A DNA stretch of 64,000 bases. It comes from Octopus vulgaris. Taxonomy: Eukaryota. Within the stretch, counting starts at the first letter, position 1. Each line of letters begins with the position of its first letter. Position numbers and translations under genes: made by a program. Where the stretch lies: assembly GCA_951406725.2 (NCBI GenBank), contig OX597815.1, forward strand, positions 5,580,001 to 5,644,000. The letters run 5' to 3'. Shown one piece after another: positions 13,419 to 26,029 of the stretch. Under the pieces are notes generated by a model. That model ran no database searches. It was not told the origin of the DNA and saw only the letters and a program-made list of their open reading frames with translations.

Positions 13419-13505
13419 GTGCAGATTCTGAAACGGGTTTCTCGTCAGGTGAACGTAATTCAATCTCAATTTCTTCAGCTGTGCCTTCAGTGGCCATCAT
13501 TCTAG
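13419..13505 (-). CDS. candidate exon of an unidentified second gene
   Basis: Acceptor ttccttctgtttattacacag, weak donor C|GTAACT; 87 nt, phase 1-1. Open frame (A)RMMATEGTAEEIEIELRSPDEKPVSESA in unique sequence between two satellites. No homology recognised. Confidence 0.45.
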
Positions 13506-13699
13506 CTGTGTAATAAACAGAAGGAATCAAATAACAGAGATTCAGCGGTGGAACACTCACTGCAAACTGTCTTCTAACCAATTTCTAACGGCGCTGACAG
13601 TCTTGAAGTGCTTTCGTCTCACATGCACACCACTTATAAATAAACACCCAGCCATTGTAAATGAGTTTTGGCATTTGGCACTGCAGAGTACAAGCATTG

Positions 13700-15135
13700 T
13701 AGAATATGGTTCAACTATTGCAATGTTGCTATTTCATACACTGCTGTTGTACTCTAGAGTTGCTATTGCATAAATGGCAACATTACTATAGTGTTGCTAT
13801 CAGACACAAGACAGCCACACTATCAGGGGTCAGCATATGCATAGCAATTGTACTATACTATCCACATCTTGTACATAGCTGAAGCACAATCATGTTGCTA
13901 TTTTGTACATAGCAACAGTGCTATAGTGTTGCTAACATGTGCATAACTGTATCTCCAGTGTTACTAACTAGTACATAGCAACAATACTATAGTGTTCCTA
14001 TCATGTACTTAACTGTAGCTCCAGTGTTGCTAACTATCACATAACAAAAATGCTATAGTGTTGCTATCATATGCTCAACTGTTGCTAACCTGTACATAGC
14101 AACAACACTATAGTGTTGCTATCATGTGCTCAGCTGCAGTCCCGGAGTTGCTAACCTGTACATAGCAACAATACCATAGTGTTGCCATCATATGCTCAAC
14201 TGTTGCTAACTTGTATATAGCAACAATACTATAGTGTTGCTATCATGTACCCAGCTATGGCTCTAGTGTTGATAACTTGTACATAGCAAAAATACTATGG
14301 TGTTTCTATCATGTACCCAGCTGCAGTCCTAGTGTTGCTAACTTGTACATAGCAACAACACGATAGTGTTGCTATCATGTACCCAGCTGCAGCTCCAATG
14401 TTGCTAACTTGTACATAGCAACAACACTAAAGTGTTGCTATCATGTACCCCGCTGAAGCTCTAGTGTTGCTAACTTGTACATAGCAACAACACTATAGTG
14501 TTGCTATCATGTACCCAGCTGCAGCTCCAGTGTTGCTAACTTGTACATAGCAACAATACTATGGTGTTTCTATCATGTACCCAGCTGCAGCTCTAGTGTT
14601 GCTAACTTGTACATAACAACAATACTATAGTGTTGCTATCATGTACCCAGCTACAGTTCTAATGTTGCTAACTTGTACATAGCAACAACACTATAGTGTT
14701 GCTATCATGTACCCAGCTACAGTTCTAATGTTGCTAACTTGTACATAGCAACAACACTATAGTGTGGCTATCATGTACCCAGCCACAGCTCTAGTGTTGC
14801 TAACTTGTACATAGCAACAACACTATAGTGTGGCTATCATGTACCCAGCCACAGCTCTAGTGTTGCTAACTTGTACATAGCAACAACACTATAGGGTGGC
14901 TATCATGTACCTAGCAGCAGCTCTAGTGTTGCTAACTTGTACATAGCAACAATACTAGTGTTGCTATCATGTACCCAGCTGCAGCCCTAGTGTTGCTAAC
15001 TTGTACATAGCAACAACACTATTGTGTTGCTATTGTGTACTTAGCTGCAGCACTATAATGTTGCTATGTGATACAAGACTATAGTGTTGCTATCTTATAT
15101 ACAGCTGCATCGTTCGTGTTGCTATGTAGTGCAAC
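13700..15135. repeat. 66-bp palindrome-rich satellite (34+32-bp subunits)
   Basis: Unit tgttgctaacttgtacatagcaacaacactatag + tgttgctatcatgtacccagctgcagctctag; degenerate at both ends. Confidence 0.95.
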
Positions 15136-15428
15136 AGCTAAACAAAGCCCCTGACCATCATCATTTGCAAGAGCAATGCAAAGAAGGGCCTGCAAGTTCT
15201 CTCACACCCTCACGCATTGCAGACAAGTTCTTCAGGCCATTTGCCAAGTGGGTCTCTACCTATGATTTGACAGCCGTTTCAGCAACACATACAATAATAA
15301 CAAACTTCCAAACTGTCTTCCTCCACTCTACCTCTCTCACTGCCATGTATGTGTGTAAGTGTGTGTGTGTATCTGCACTCACACACTCACATACACACAC
15401 ACACACATAATCAAATGCACATACACAA

Positions 15429-15477
<49 letters not shown>

Positions 15478-15732
15478 TTTTATTCTTTTACTTGTTCCAG
15501 TCATTGGACAGCAGCCTTGCTTGGGCACCTCCTTGAAAGATTTAGTTAAACAAATTCATCCCTGGTATAATATTTTTTAAGTCAGGCCCTTATTCGGGAC
15601 GTCACTTTTGCTGACTCACTAAGTAACAGGAATGTAAACAAACCAACACTAATTGTCAAGTAGCGGCTGGATGAGACAAACACAAACATACACACACACA
15701 CACACACATATATATATACACACACATACATT

Positions 15733-15778
<46 letters not shown>

Positions 15779-16660
15779 CAGGGTGCGATGAATAAACTGT
15801 CGTTTAAATTATACAAAAAGAAAAATTACAGCGACCTCTCATTTTAAGATATATTTACCAAAATTACATTAAAATATCTTGAAATACTAAAGAGTAAATT
15901 TATTCAATAAAAATCGCCATTGACCTCAACCGCAGACTCCAGACGACTTCAGAATCTCCTGCAACTCTTATGGACAGTCTCCTTGTTTAAGTTGGTCAAT
16001 GCTGCCATGATCTTTGCCTTCAGTTCATCTTTGGTGTTACAAGGAGTTTTGTTGGTCTCTCGTTCAACTGTGCCCCATGCATAATAATCTAGGGGGTTGC
16101 AGTGTGGCGAGTTAGGTGGCCAGATGTTAGGGGTGATGTGGATGCAGAAATTGTCTGACAGCCATGACTGGGTTCTCCTGGTTGTGTGGTATGGGGCAGA
16201 GTCTTTTTGCCAGGCATAGGGTCTTCCAGAAGCCACCCTCTTGACCTAGGGCTGCACTACCTCCTTTAGGCATTTGTTGTAGGTCTCTGTGTTGAGTGTG
16301 AGGCCGCGTTAGAAGATGGATGGAGGCATAATGTCACCATCTCTAGTCACCACTCCAAACAGCATGATGTTGACTGGATGTTTGATTTTTATCACTCTTG
16401 GTACCTCTCCTCAAATTTTCCCCCAAACACTCTGAAACATCCATATCGGAGTTTCTAGCTCAAATGCCAAGCAGTACAGCTTGTCATTTCCAAATTTCTG
16501 ACAGAGTGAATTGTGTCAAGGTGCTATTTTTTTTCTCAAAGATGGTGCCCAACTGACCCTACTATACTGTGTAGTCAACATAATCAAAAACAAACAATGT
16601 GCATGCATGAAGTTAAAAATATAAAATGACGACAATTTACTTTATCCATCGCACCCCTTG
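15779..16660 (-). mobile_element. maT (DD37D) Tc1/mariner-superfamily transposon, internally deleted
   Basis: TIRs cagggtgcgatgaataaa / tttatccatcgcacccc-ttg with TA flanks. Transposase remnant QKDSAPYH...WPPNSPHCNPLDY has 37 residues between the last two catalytic Asp. Confidence 0.88.
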
Positions 16661-16684
16661 TATGTGTGTGTCTGTATATATATG

Positions 16685-16736
<52 letters not shown>

Positions 16737-16924
16737 TATCTTACATCTGTTTCAGTCATTAGACTGTGGCCATGCTGGGGCACTGCTTGGAAGAAATTTT
16801 AGTCAAATGAATCAACCTCAGTACTTTTTTCTTTGAGTCTGGTACTTTTGCTGAACCACTAAGTTATTGGTGCCGGAAACACACCAAAACCAGAGGTCAA
16901 GTGTGGGTGTGTGTGGGGAAACAA

Positions 16925-17696
16925 ACGCACATGAAGATGCACATGTGCACACACATGCACACACACAAATGCATATACACATGCACACACATACATGCAC
17001 AAACACTTATGCACACACACACATATACAAATGCACACATACACACACAAATGCACACACACATGCACACACACATGCACACACTCACACACACATGCAC
17101 ACATGCACATGCACACACACATGTGCACACTCAATGCACACACACGCACATGCATGCATACACACATGCATGCATACACGCATGCACACACACATGCACA
17201 CACACACATGCACACACACACACACACAAACACAGACACACATACACACAAACACACACACAGAGATACAAACATAGACACACGCAGACACACACAAACA
17301 CACAGACACACATACAAACACAGACACACACACACAAATAGACGCGCACACACACATACACACACACACACACACAAATAGACGCATGCACACACACACA
17401 CACACACACACAAATACACACACACATAGAAACCCACACACACATAGAAACCCACACACACACATACACACACAAATACACAGACAGAGACACACACAAA
17501 CACACATATAGACACACAAGCACACAAAGACACATGCAGACACACACAGACACACAGACACACACACAAACACATACACAAACAAACACACAGAGATGCA
17601 CACACAGACATACACACAAGCACATGCAGACACACAAACACACATACAAATACACACACACATGCGTGCACACACACACACACACACACACACACA
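16925..17696. repeat. degenerate (CA)n microsatellite
   Basis: Direct inspection; source of the H/T and C/V pseudo-ORFs. Confidence 0.95.
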
Positions 17697-18139
17697 AGTC
17701 TCCTTGAAGCTTAGTGAACTGTCAGGGTTAGGTCAAGAGGTCATAGGTTGGGGTCAGAGGTTGGTGTTCTTTAAGACTATAAAGGCTTGGTTTGTGTCAA
17801 TTGTGGTTGTTCAGGACATTCCACCACCACCACCACTGCCACCTCTACGCCCATACCACCACCACCACCACCTCTACAACCACCACCACTACCACCACCA
17901 CTGCTACACCCCCTGTTCCCCTTAACATAATCTTCAAAGTGATTATTGCTGATATATGCACAGGAGTGGCTGTGTGGTAAGTAGCTTGCTTACCAACCAC
18001 ATGGTTCTGGGTTCAGTCCCTCTGCATGGTACCTTGGGCAAGTGTCTTCTACTATAGCCTTGGGCTGACCAAAGCCTAGTGAGTGGATTTGGTAGACAGA
18101 AACTGAAAGAGGCCCATCGTGTATGTATATATATATATA

Positions 18140-18515
18140 AGCAAAAATTTATATTCAGATGAATATGGTACTTAAGTTGAGGCACCAAAATTTAATACGG
18201 TATTATCCATACAATTTCAAAGTAAGGTGATTAAAATCAAAATAAGCAACAAAGATGTCCAGAGGTAATGCAGTACGATCGTTTCAGGCAACTCCATTTA
18301 ATTGAACAATGCAATCATTACATCAATTTAAATAGTACCTTCTGAGCTGAAGTGAAGACAGCATGACTTTTGTCTATCTCCTTACCTTCTTGGAGGTTTT
18401 AGGTAAAATTATACTGATGTGTCCAACTGTTTTAATTTAATTTAATTCTATGTATTTACACAGCTGAGGATTGCTCTGCAATTAAATTGATGTAATGGTT
18501 GCATTGTTCAATTAT
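18140..18515. mobile_element. Penelope-like fragment with inverted duplication, inserted in a family A SINE
   Basis: aattgaacaatgcaatcattacatcaatttaa (18300-18331) recurs inverted at 18482-18513; it splits SINE A head (17958-18130) from tail (18520-18750). Class assignment is tentative. Confidence 0.45.
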
Positions 18516-18524
18516 ATATATGTA

Positions 18525-18580
<56 letters not shown>

Positions 18581-18947
18581 TGTCTGCGTTTGTCCCCACC
18601 ACCATTGCTTGACAAGCGATGCTGGTGTGGTTACGTCCCCGTAACTTAGCGGATCAGGCTTACAAAGAATAAGTCCTGGGGTCAATTTGTTTGACTAAAG
18701 GTGGTGCTCCAGCATGGGAGCAGTCAAATGACTGAAACAAGTAAAAAAAATGAAAGAATAAAAAAGTTATTGTGTAAAAAACAAACAAAAAAATGCTCAG
18801 CAACAACAATAAATTCTAGTACACAGGCAGAACCATCACATCGGCAACAACAACAACAGCACACAGAACCACCACAATTAACAACAACAACATCAACATC
18901 CATTTGAAACAGAGTCATAAACCCTTGCCCTCAAATGCACGCTGTTA

Positions 18948-19176
18948 TTAACCCTTTCGTTACTGAATTTATTTTGAGGGGTTCTGTGTTTCTTTCAATT
19001 ACTTTAAATATAACAAAGAATTTAGTAAAACAACTTGGTTATCATTCAGCTAGTGTTAGGAACATAAATTGTGACTAAGGTTTGGTGGAAGATTTTAATT
19101 CAAAACTTATGAAAACAAGACATTTGTATTACAGAGCCAGAGCCGGTTTCAGCCGGGTTGGTAACGAAAGGGTTAA
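18948..19176. mobile_element. piggyBac-type MITE
   Basis: TTAA-ccctttcgttac ... gtaacgaaaggg-TTAA. Confidence 0.85.
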
Positions 19177-19184
19177 ACTATGGT

Positions 19185-19685
19185 AGACCTCATTCTGGAA
19201 GAGTAGAGACATCAGCCTCGCTACCAAATGCAGATTGGTGAATGCAATCGTCTTCCCAATAGCAAAATATGGATGCAGGACCTGGACACTAAAGAAAGCT
19301 GACCAGAAGAGAATTAATGCATTTGAGCTTTGGTGTTGGAGAAGACTTTTATGGATTCCATGGACAGCGAGGCTCACTAATGGAGAAGTTCTTAACCAGA
19401 TCAATCCGAAACTGTTGCTAGAAGCTAGGATCACCAAGCATAGATTGGCATATTTTGGTCATATTATGCGGAGAAAATCCCTGGAGAAGGACATCATGCT
19501 CGGAATGGTCAGTGGCAAGAAAGGAAGAGGTCGATCAAGAACCCATTGGTTTGACACTATTAAGAGTGACACGGGAATGGCCATAGCCAACCTGAAAGAA
19601 GCAACCCAGGATAGAACTGGCTGGAGGACACTGATCCATTGAGTAACCGAGAGTCGACTTCAACTGAGCGGATAGATAGATAGAC
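19185..19685 (+). mobile_element. RTE/BovB-like LINE 3' end
   Basis: LVNAIVFPIAKYGCRTWTLKKADQKRINAFELWCWRRLL.IPWTAR...LAYFGHIMRR.SLEKDIMLG...G...RGR...W. Confidence 0.92.
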
Positions 19686-20469
19686 CTCATCCTTGAAATC
19701 ACTACCACCATCACTATCACCATCACCACCATCATCATCATCATCACAGAAGGCATGTAGTTTAATGGTTAGAGTATTCAGCTCAAGATCCTAAGGTCAT
19801 GATTTCAATTCACGGTGGCGGTTTGTCTCCTTGTGACTTTATTTCATGTTGTTCCAATCCACTCAGCAGGCAAAAGTAAGTTATACCAGTAATTCAAAGG
19901 GGGCCAGCCGTGTCATAGTCTATGCATCATGCTGAATCTCCCTGAAAACTTTGCTAAGGGCACATATTTCTAACGAGTGCTCAACCACTGGCATATTAAT
20001 TTCACAAGCAGGCTGTCCCCTTGATCGGATCAACAGGGACCCTCATTGTCATAACCAATGGAGTGCCAAGCCATCATCATTATCGTAATTTTAACATCCA
20101 CTTTCCCATCCTTACAAGAGTCAAATTTTCTATGGCCTGATGCCCAATCTGTCACCAAGCCTCCCCTGCTTCCAAGTAAGGTAAGATTTTCTCATGGCCA
20201 GACAGGTTTTTCACTGAATCAGTTCTTATCCAGAGTTACTTCCCTTCTAGATAAATTGGCAGACCACAGACCACTTCTAATGTTTTATGTTTGACATAGT
20301 TTGTATGGTTAAATGGCCTTCCTATCACCAACCACTCTACAGAGTGTACTGGGTGTATTTAATTGTGGCGCTAGCACTAGAGAGGTGGTCTTGTCCTCAG
20401 CAAGACTTTCTTCCAACTATATGTTGCCTTTGCTTCTAAGCTATATCATTTACCTATATCATCATCATC

Positions 20470-21570
20470 CAAAATCAAAATCAAATTTGATGACCAGCGT
20501 CTGTGATAGGGGGGTGCAAAGAGCACCATACGAGTGTGATCATTGACAGAGCAGCTAACTGGCTTCAGTGTCAGTGGCACATAAAAGGCACCATTCAAGT
20601 GTGATCGTTACCAGCGTTGCCTTACTGGCACTCGAGCCCCATGCTAGTAGGGTATTAAGAGCACCATTCGTGTGTGATCGTTGCCAGAGTGGCTCTCTGG
20701 CCTCCATGCCAGTGGCACATAAAAGACACCATTCGAGTGTGATCGTTACCAGCATCGCCTTACTGGCACATGTGTCGGTGGCATGCATAAAAAGATTCGA
20801 GCAAGGTCGTTGCCTGTACCGCCTGACTGGCCCCATGCCAGTGGCACGTAAAGGTACCCACGATACTCTCGGAGTGGTTGGCATTAGGAAGGGCATCCAG
20901 CGGTAGAAACTCTGCCAGATTAAGATTGGAACCTGGTGCAGCCATCTGGTTCGCCAGCCCTCAGTCATTCATCCAACCCATGCTAGCATGGAAAGCAGAC
21001 GTTAAACGATGATGATGATGATGATTATGATAATCGTCATCATCATCATCATCGTTTAACGTCCATTTACCATGTTGGCATGGGTTGGACGGTTCGACTG
21101 GGGTCTGGGAAGCCAGGAGGCTGCAACATGCTCCAATTTGATCGAGCAAAGTTTCTACTGCTGGATGCCCTTCCTAACACCAACCACTCCATGAGTATAG
21201 GGAGTGCTTTTTACATGCCACCAGCACAGGGGCCAGAGGAGGCTGGCATCGGCCATGTTCGGATGGTGCTTTTTCCACGCTACTTGCACGGGTATCACAA
21301 CTACAATTTCCATTTGATTTTCATTTTGATGTTGATGTACTTGACTCAATAGGTCTCCTCAAGCACAGCAGGTCGCCCTACAATCCAAAGTACTTTTGAA
21401 TGGACTTGGGCTGGTTATGCAAAACTGGTATAGGATACAGCCGTGAACTCACTTTACTTGCTGAGTCTTCGCAGTCACAGCATATCTCCAGAGGTTTCAG
21501 TCTTTCGTCATTACCTCTGTGCGGCCTAACGTTTGAAGGTCATGCTTGACCACCTCATCCCATGTCTTGC
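20470..21570. mobile_element. Two tail-to-tail family C (RTE-associated, GAT-tailed) retroposons plus an RTE coding end
   Basis: Core ggttggcgttaggaagggcatccagc...gacgttaaacgatgatgat. The minus-strand copy is preceded by KTWDEVVKHDLQTLGRTEVMT..LWRYAV (RTE ORF end). About 20 family C copies in the window. Confidence 0.8.
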
Positions 21571-22974
21571 ATGTATGTATATATTGTGAAGGCAATGAAC
21601 AGAAACAAAAAGGAAAAACAACGACACAGGTAAGACAAGTTTTAACAAATTGTATTAGTTTAACACTTAAAAACGAAGGAAAAGAGTCTTAACATTTTGG
21701 ACACTAGTCCTTTATCAGAAGAAAAGTATAGAGAGAAAGTAAAAGAGGAGAACGAAAAAGGAAAACTGGTTGAGAAGTGGGAAAAGAAAATGGAGGGAAA
21801 AATGAAACCAGTGAGGCAGTTGCAGGAGTAATTAGATATATATAATATTGTGTGTGCGGAATGAGAGATCTCTTGTTTGAAAAACAGATATTAGTTAGAA
21901 ATAGGAAATGCATCTGGATATTAAACAATACGTGAATAGCCTATTCATCTAAGGCAGTGAATTGGCCGGAATGTTCACCTGCCAAGCAAAATGCTTTGTG
22001 GTACTTTGTCTTTCTTTACATTCTGGGTTCAAATAGCATCAAGGTGAATTTTGCATCTCATCCTTTCAGGGTCGATAAAATAAGGACTAGATGAGCACTG
22101 GAGGTCAATGTAATCAACTCGCACCCAACTCTCCCGAAATTGCTGGCCCTGTGCTAGAATTAGAAATCAATAGTTTTATTGATATTTAAGGTGGTCAGGT
22201 GGCAGAATCGTTAGCACATCAGGCAAAATGCTTAGCAACATGTCATCTGTGTTTATGTCCTGAGTTCAAATTCCACTGAGGTCGACTTTGCCTTTCATAC
22301 TTCGGGTTTGAATAAAATAAGAGTCAGTTGTGCACAGGGGTCGATGTAATCGATTATAACCCCTCCCCTGAAATTGCTGGCCTTGTGCCAAAATTTGAAA
22401 CCAATAACATTCATTTAACCAATGGGAAAAAAAAACCCAGATGTTTAACACGTAAGAGGGGTGATATAGCAGAAGACACCTGCTTGAGGTGCCACACAGT
22501 GGGACTGAACTTGAGACCATATGGTTGGAAAGCAAGCTTTTTAACATCACACCCATGTCTGCATTCAAATTCTTGACCCTTTATTTTGCCTGGTTCCTGG
22601 GTTTCGGAAACTAAGAATAAGGAAGCACAGAGGTCAATCTAATAATTGTGGGACTCCGTCAGTTGCGACGAGGGTTCCAGTTGATCCAATCAATGGAACA
22701 GCCTGCTCATGAAATTAACGTGCAAGTGGCTGAGTACTCCACAGACACGTGTACCCTTAAGGAGATTCAGTGTGATACAGAGTGTGACAAGGCTGGGCCC
22801 TTTGAAATAAAGGTACAACAGAAACAGGAAGGAATAGAGAAAGTTGTGGTGAAAGAGTAGAGCAGGGCTCGCCACCAGCCCCTGCTGGAGCCTTGTGGAG
22901 CTTTATGTGTTTTTGCTCAATAAACATACACAACGCCCAGTCTGGGAATCAAAACTACAATCCTATGACCATGA

Positions 22975-23365
22975 GTACTCTTTTGCTTGTTTCGGTCATT
23001 TGACTGTGGCCATGCTGGAGCACCACCTTTAGTTGAGCAAATCGACTCCAGGACTTATTCCTTGGAAGCCTAGTACTTATTCTATCAGTCTCTTTTGCCA
23101 AACCGCTAAGTTGGTTGCCAAGCAATGTTGGGGTGACAAACACAGACACACAAACATATAGACACACACACATATGTATATATATATACACATATATATA
23201 TACGATGAGCTTCTTTTAGTTTCCGTCTACCAAATCCACTCACAAGGCTTTGGTCGGCCCAAGGCTATAGTAGAAGACACTTGCCCAAGGTGCCATGCAG
23301 TGGGACTGAACCCGGAACCATGTGGTTCGTAAGCAAGCTACTTACCACACAGCCACTCCTGCGCC

Positions 23366-23367
<2 letters not shown>
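22975..23367 (-). mobile_element. SINE family A
   Basis: Near full-length reverse-complement copy. Confidence 0.85.
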
Positions 23368-23405
<38 letters not shown>

Positions 23406-23669
23406 ATAAAGGCAGTGAGCTAACAGAATTGTTAAAACATGGGCCCAAAATGCTAAATGGCTCTTTACATTCTGGGTTCATTTCCACTGAAGAAGGGTTT
23501 GCCTTTCACCCTTATAACATTACTAAAATAAGTTCCCCTTGAGTGCTGGGGTCAATGAAATCAACTAACCCTGTCCCCCTAAAATTACTGGCCTTGTACC
23601 AACGTTTGAAATTATCATTATTATCATTATCATTATTATTATTATTTAAATCGGAATATTAAAATTATA

Positions 23670-24060
23670 AATTAATTCGGAATCGAAATTGAACCAATCC
23701 TATGACTGGCACCCGGCAGATGCCAGGACCCCTGGACTGGAGATACGTAAAAAGCACCATCCGAATCGTGGCCGAAGCCAGTGCCGCCTCGACTGGCTTC
23801 CGTGCCGGTGGCACGTAAAATGCACCAATCCGACCGTGGCCGATGCCAGCCTCGCCTGGCACCAGTGCAGGTGGCACATAAAAAGCACCCACTACACTCA
23901 CGGAGTGGTTGGCGTTAGGAAGGGCATCCAGCTGTAGAAACATTGCCAGATAAGACCGGAGCCTGGTGCAGCCTTCTGGCTTCCCAGATCCCCGGTCGAA
24001 CCGTCCAACCCATGCTAGCATGGAAAGCAGACGTTAAACGATGATGATGATGATGATGAT
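23670..24060 (+). mobile_element. family C retroposon
   Basis: Internal ~64-bp repeats, core motif and (GAT)n tail. Confidence 0.82.
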
Positions 24061-24575
24061 TTAAATATGTTTAATCTCAACATAAAACCTGAACGAGAAT
24101 TTCATAAACAAGGTGTGGAGATATTATCTTTGTCACCAGATGGTCCCTGACAATCCCACATAGTTAAGAAAACAAGGACATCTTTAAAAAACAGGCTAAC
24201 ATAAATATATATGGCTTCCTTGTAAAGAAAAACCCCCTATATTGTTGTTGTTATTGTTGTGTGTGCGAAATGTTTGTAGTATTTGCTTGATATTGTCTAA
24301 ACAAATTTCATTTTTGAACACTTCAACTTAGAATTTGGGCTTTTATCAATAATCGTATGCGTACAGACAAGAAAATTCCATTCTGAATGGGGAGGCAGTG
24401 TGGGCATTGGACATTGCAATGATGGAGCGTGATGTGGGGATTTACACAGTGGTGTAGGGAACATTATTATTACACAATGGTAGTGAGACAATGGTATGTA
24501 TACTGGACATTATAACAAACTAGACAATTACTATTTGTAAATCTCATAAGAGATTTTCACCAACAGTACTGTTGG

Positions 24576-24892
24576 AGTAAAGATTGCTTGCCAACATAAC
24601 ATGGCAGTCCTGGTTTAGGACGAATTTTGCTGTAATTTAGCCCCAGGAGACATCGTCTCCAGCTGACTATACGACATGATCCGTGTCCTTATATTTTCAA
24701 ACAATATCCCAGAAATCACGATACACAGATATTGTTTTGAGCTGAGTGAGAGTGCTAGATTCCCTTGTTTGAAAATATAAGGACACAGATCGTGTTGCAT
24801 AGCCAGCTGGAGACGATGTCTCCTGGGGCTAAATTACAGCAACATTTGTCCTAAACCAGGACTGCCATGTTATGTTGACAAACAGTCTTACT
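24576..24892. mobile_element. foldback MITE with ~130-bp arms
   Basis: 24576-24705 is the near-perfect reverse complement of 24765-24892. Confidence 0.85.
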
Positions 24893-25138
24893 ACGTTATA
24901 ACAGACATTGTAACATTATGACAGTACAAGCTGGCCCTGTGCTATCAAAAATGACGGCTAATTGTAGTATTTTATATATAAATATGGATGGTAAATCAAA
25001 TTAATACACTTTTCAATGTTCACACACATTCACATACTTCCCTTGTTCACGCACACACAATACAGACATACACTCACACAGAGTTGAAACGCTGTTTGAT
25101 TTTTCTTTTCAGCATTGAATGTTTACCATCCCACTTCC

Positions 25139-25177
<39 letters not shown>

Positions 25178-25181
<4 letters not shown>

Positions 25182-25415
25182 CTATTTCTTTACTACCCAC
25201 AAGGGGCTAAACATAGAGGGGACAAACAAGGACAGACAAATGGATTAAGTCGATTGTATCAACCCCAGTGCATAACTGGTACTTATTTAATCGACCCTGA
25301 AAGGACGAAAGGCAAAGTTGACCTTGGTGGAATTTGAACTCAGAACGTAACGGCAGACGAAATACCGCTACGTATTCCGCCCAGCGTGCTAACGTTTCTG
25401 CCAGCTCGCCACCTT
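25178..25415 (-). mobile_element. SINE family B, full length
   Basis: Complete head-to-tail reverse-complement copy. Confidence 0.85.
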
Positions 25416-25621
25416 CTATTCACATACCTCCCTTCTACATACACACACACACACACGTGCACATACACACACACACACTTGCACACCTCCATTTTACACA
25501 CACACATATACTCACACAGAGTGGAAACGCTCCCCACTACCAGTCTGCCATCACCCCTTCCTTTCTCATTCATATGTTGTGATGGAGAAAAACACAAGAG
25601 TATTATTATAGTAGATGGCAT

Positions 25622-26025
25622 ACTCTTTTACTCTTTTACTTGTTTCAGTCATTTTGACTGTGGCCATGCTGGAGCACCGCCTTTAGTTGAACAAATCAAC
25701 CACGGGACTTATTCTTTGTAAGCCCAGTACTTATTCTATCGGTCTCTTTTGCCGAACCGCTAAGTGACGGGGACGTAAACACACCAGCATCGGTTGTCAA
25801 GCGATGCTAGGAGGACAAACACAGACACACACACACACACACATATATATATACATATATATGACAGGCTTCTTTCAGTTTCCGTCTACCAAATCCACTC
25901 ACAAGGCTTTGGTCGGCCCGAGGCTATAGCAGAAGACACTTGCCCAAGATGCCACGCAGTGGGACTGAACCCGGAACCATGTGGTTGGTAAGCAAGCTAC
26001 TTACCACACAGCCACTCCTGCGCCT
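25622..26025 (-). mobile_element. SINE family A, full length
   Basis: Complete reverse-complement copy. Confidence 0.87.
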
Positions 26026-26029
26026 ATAT

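Noticed and set aside
11720-15135. CRISPR-like appearance of regular palindromic repeats
   Set aside because: Units are contiguous with no unique spacers, there are no cas genes, and the context is eukaryotic.
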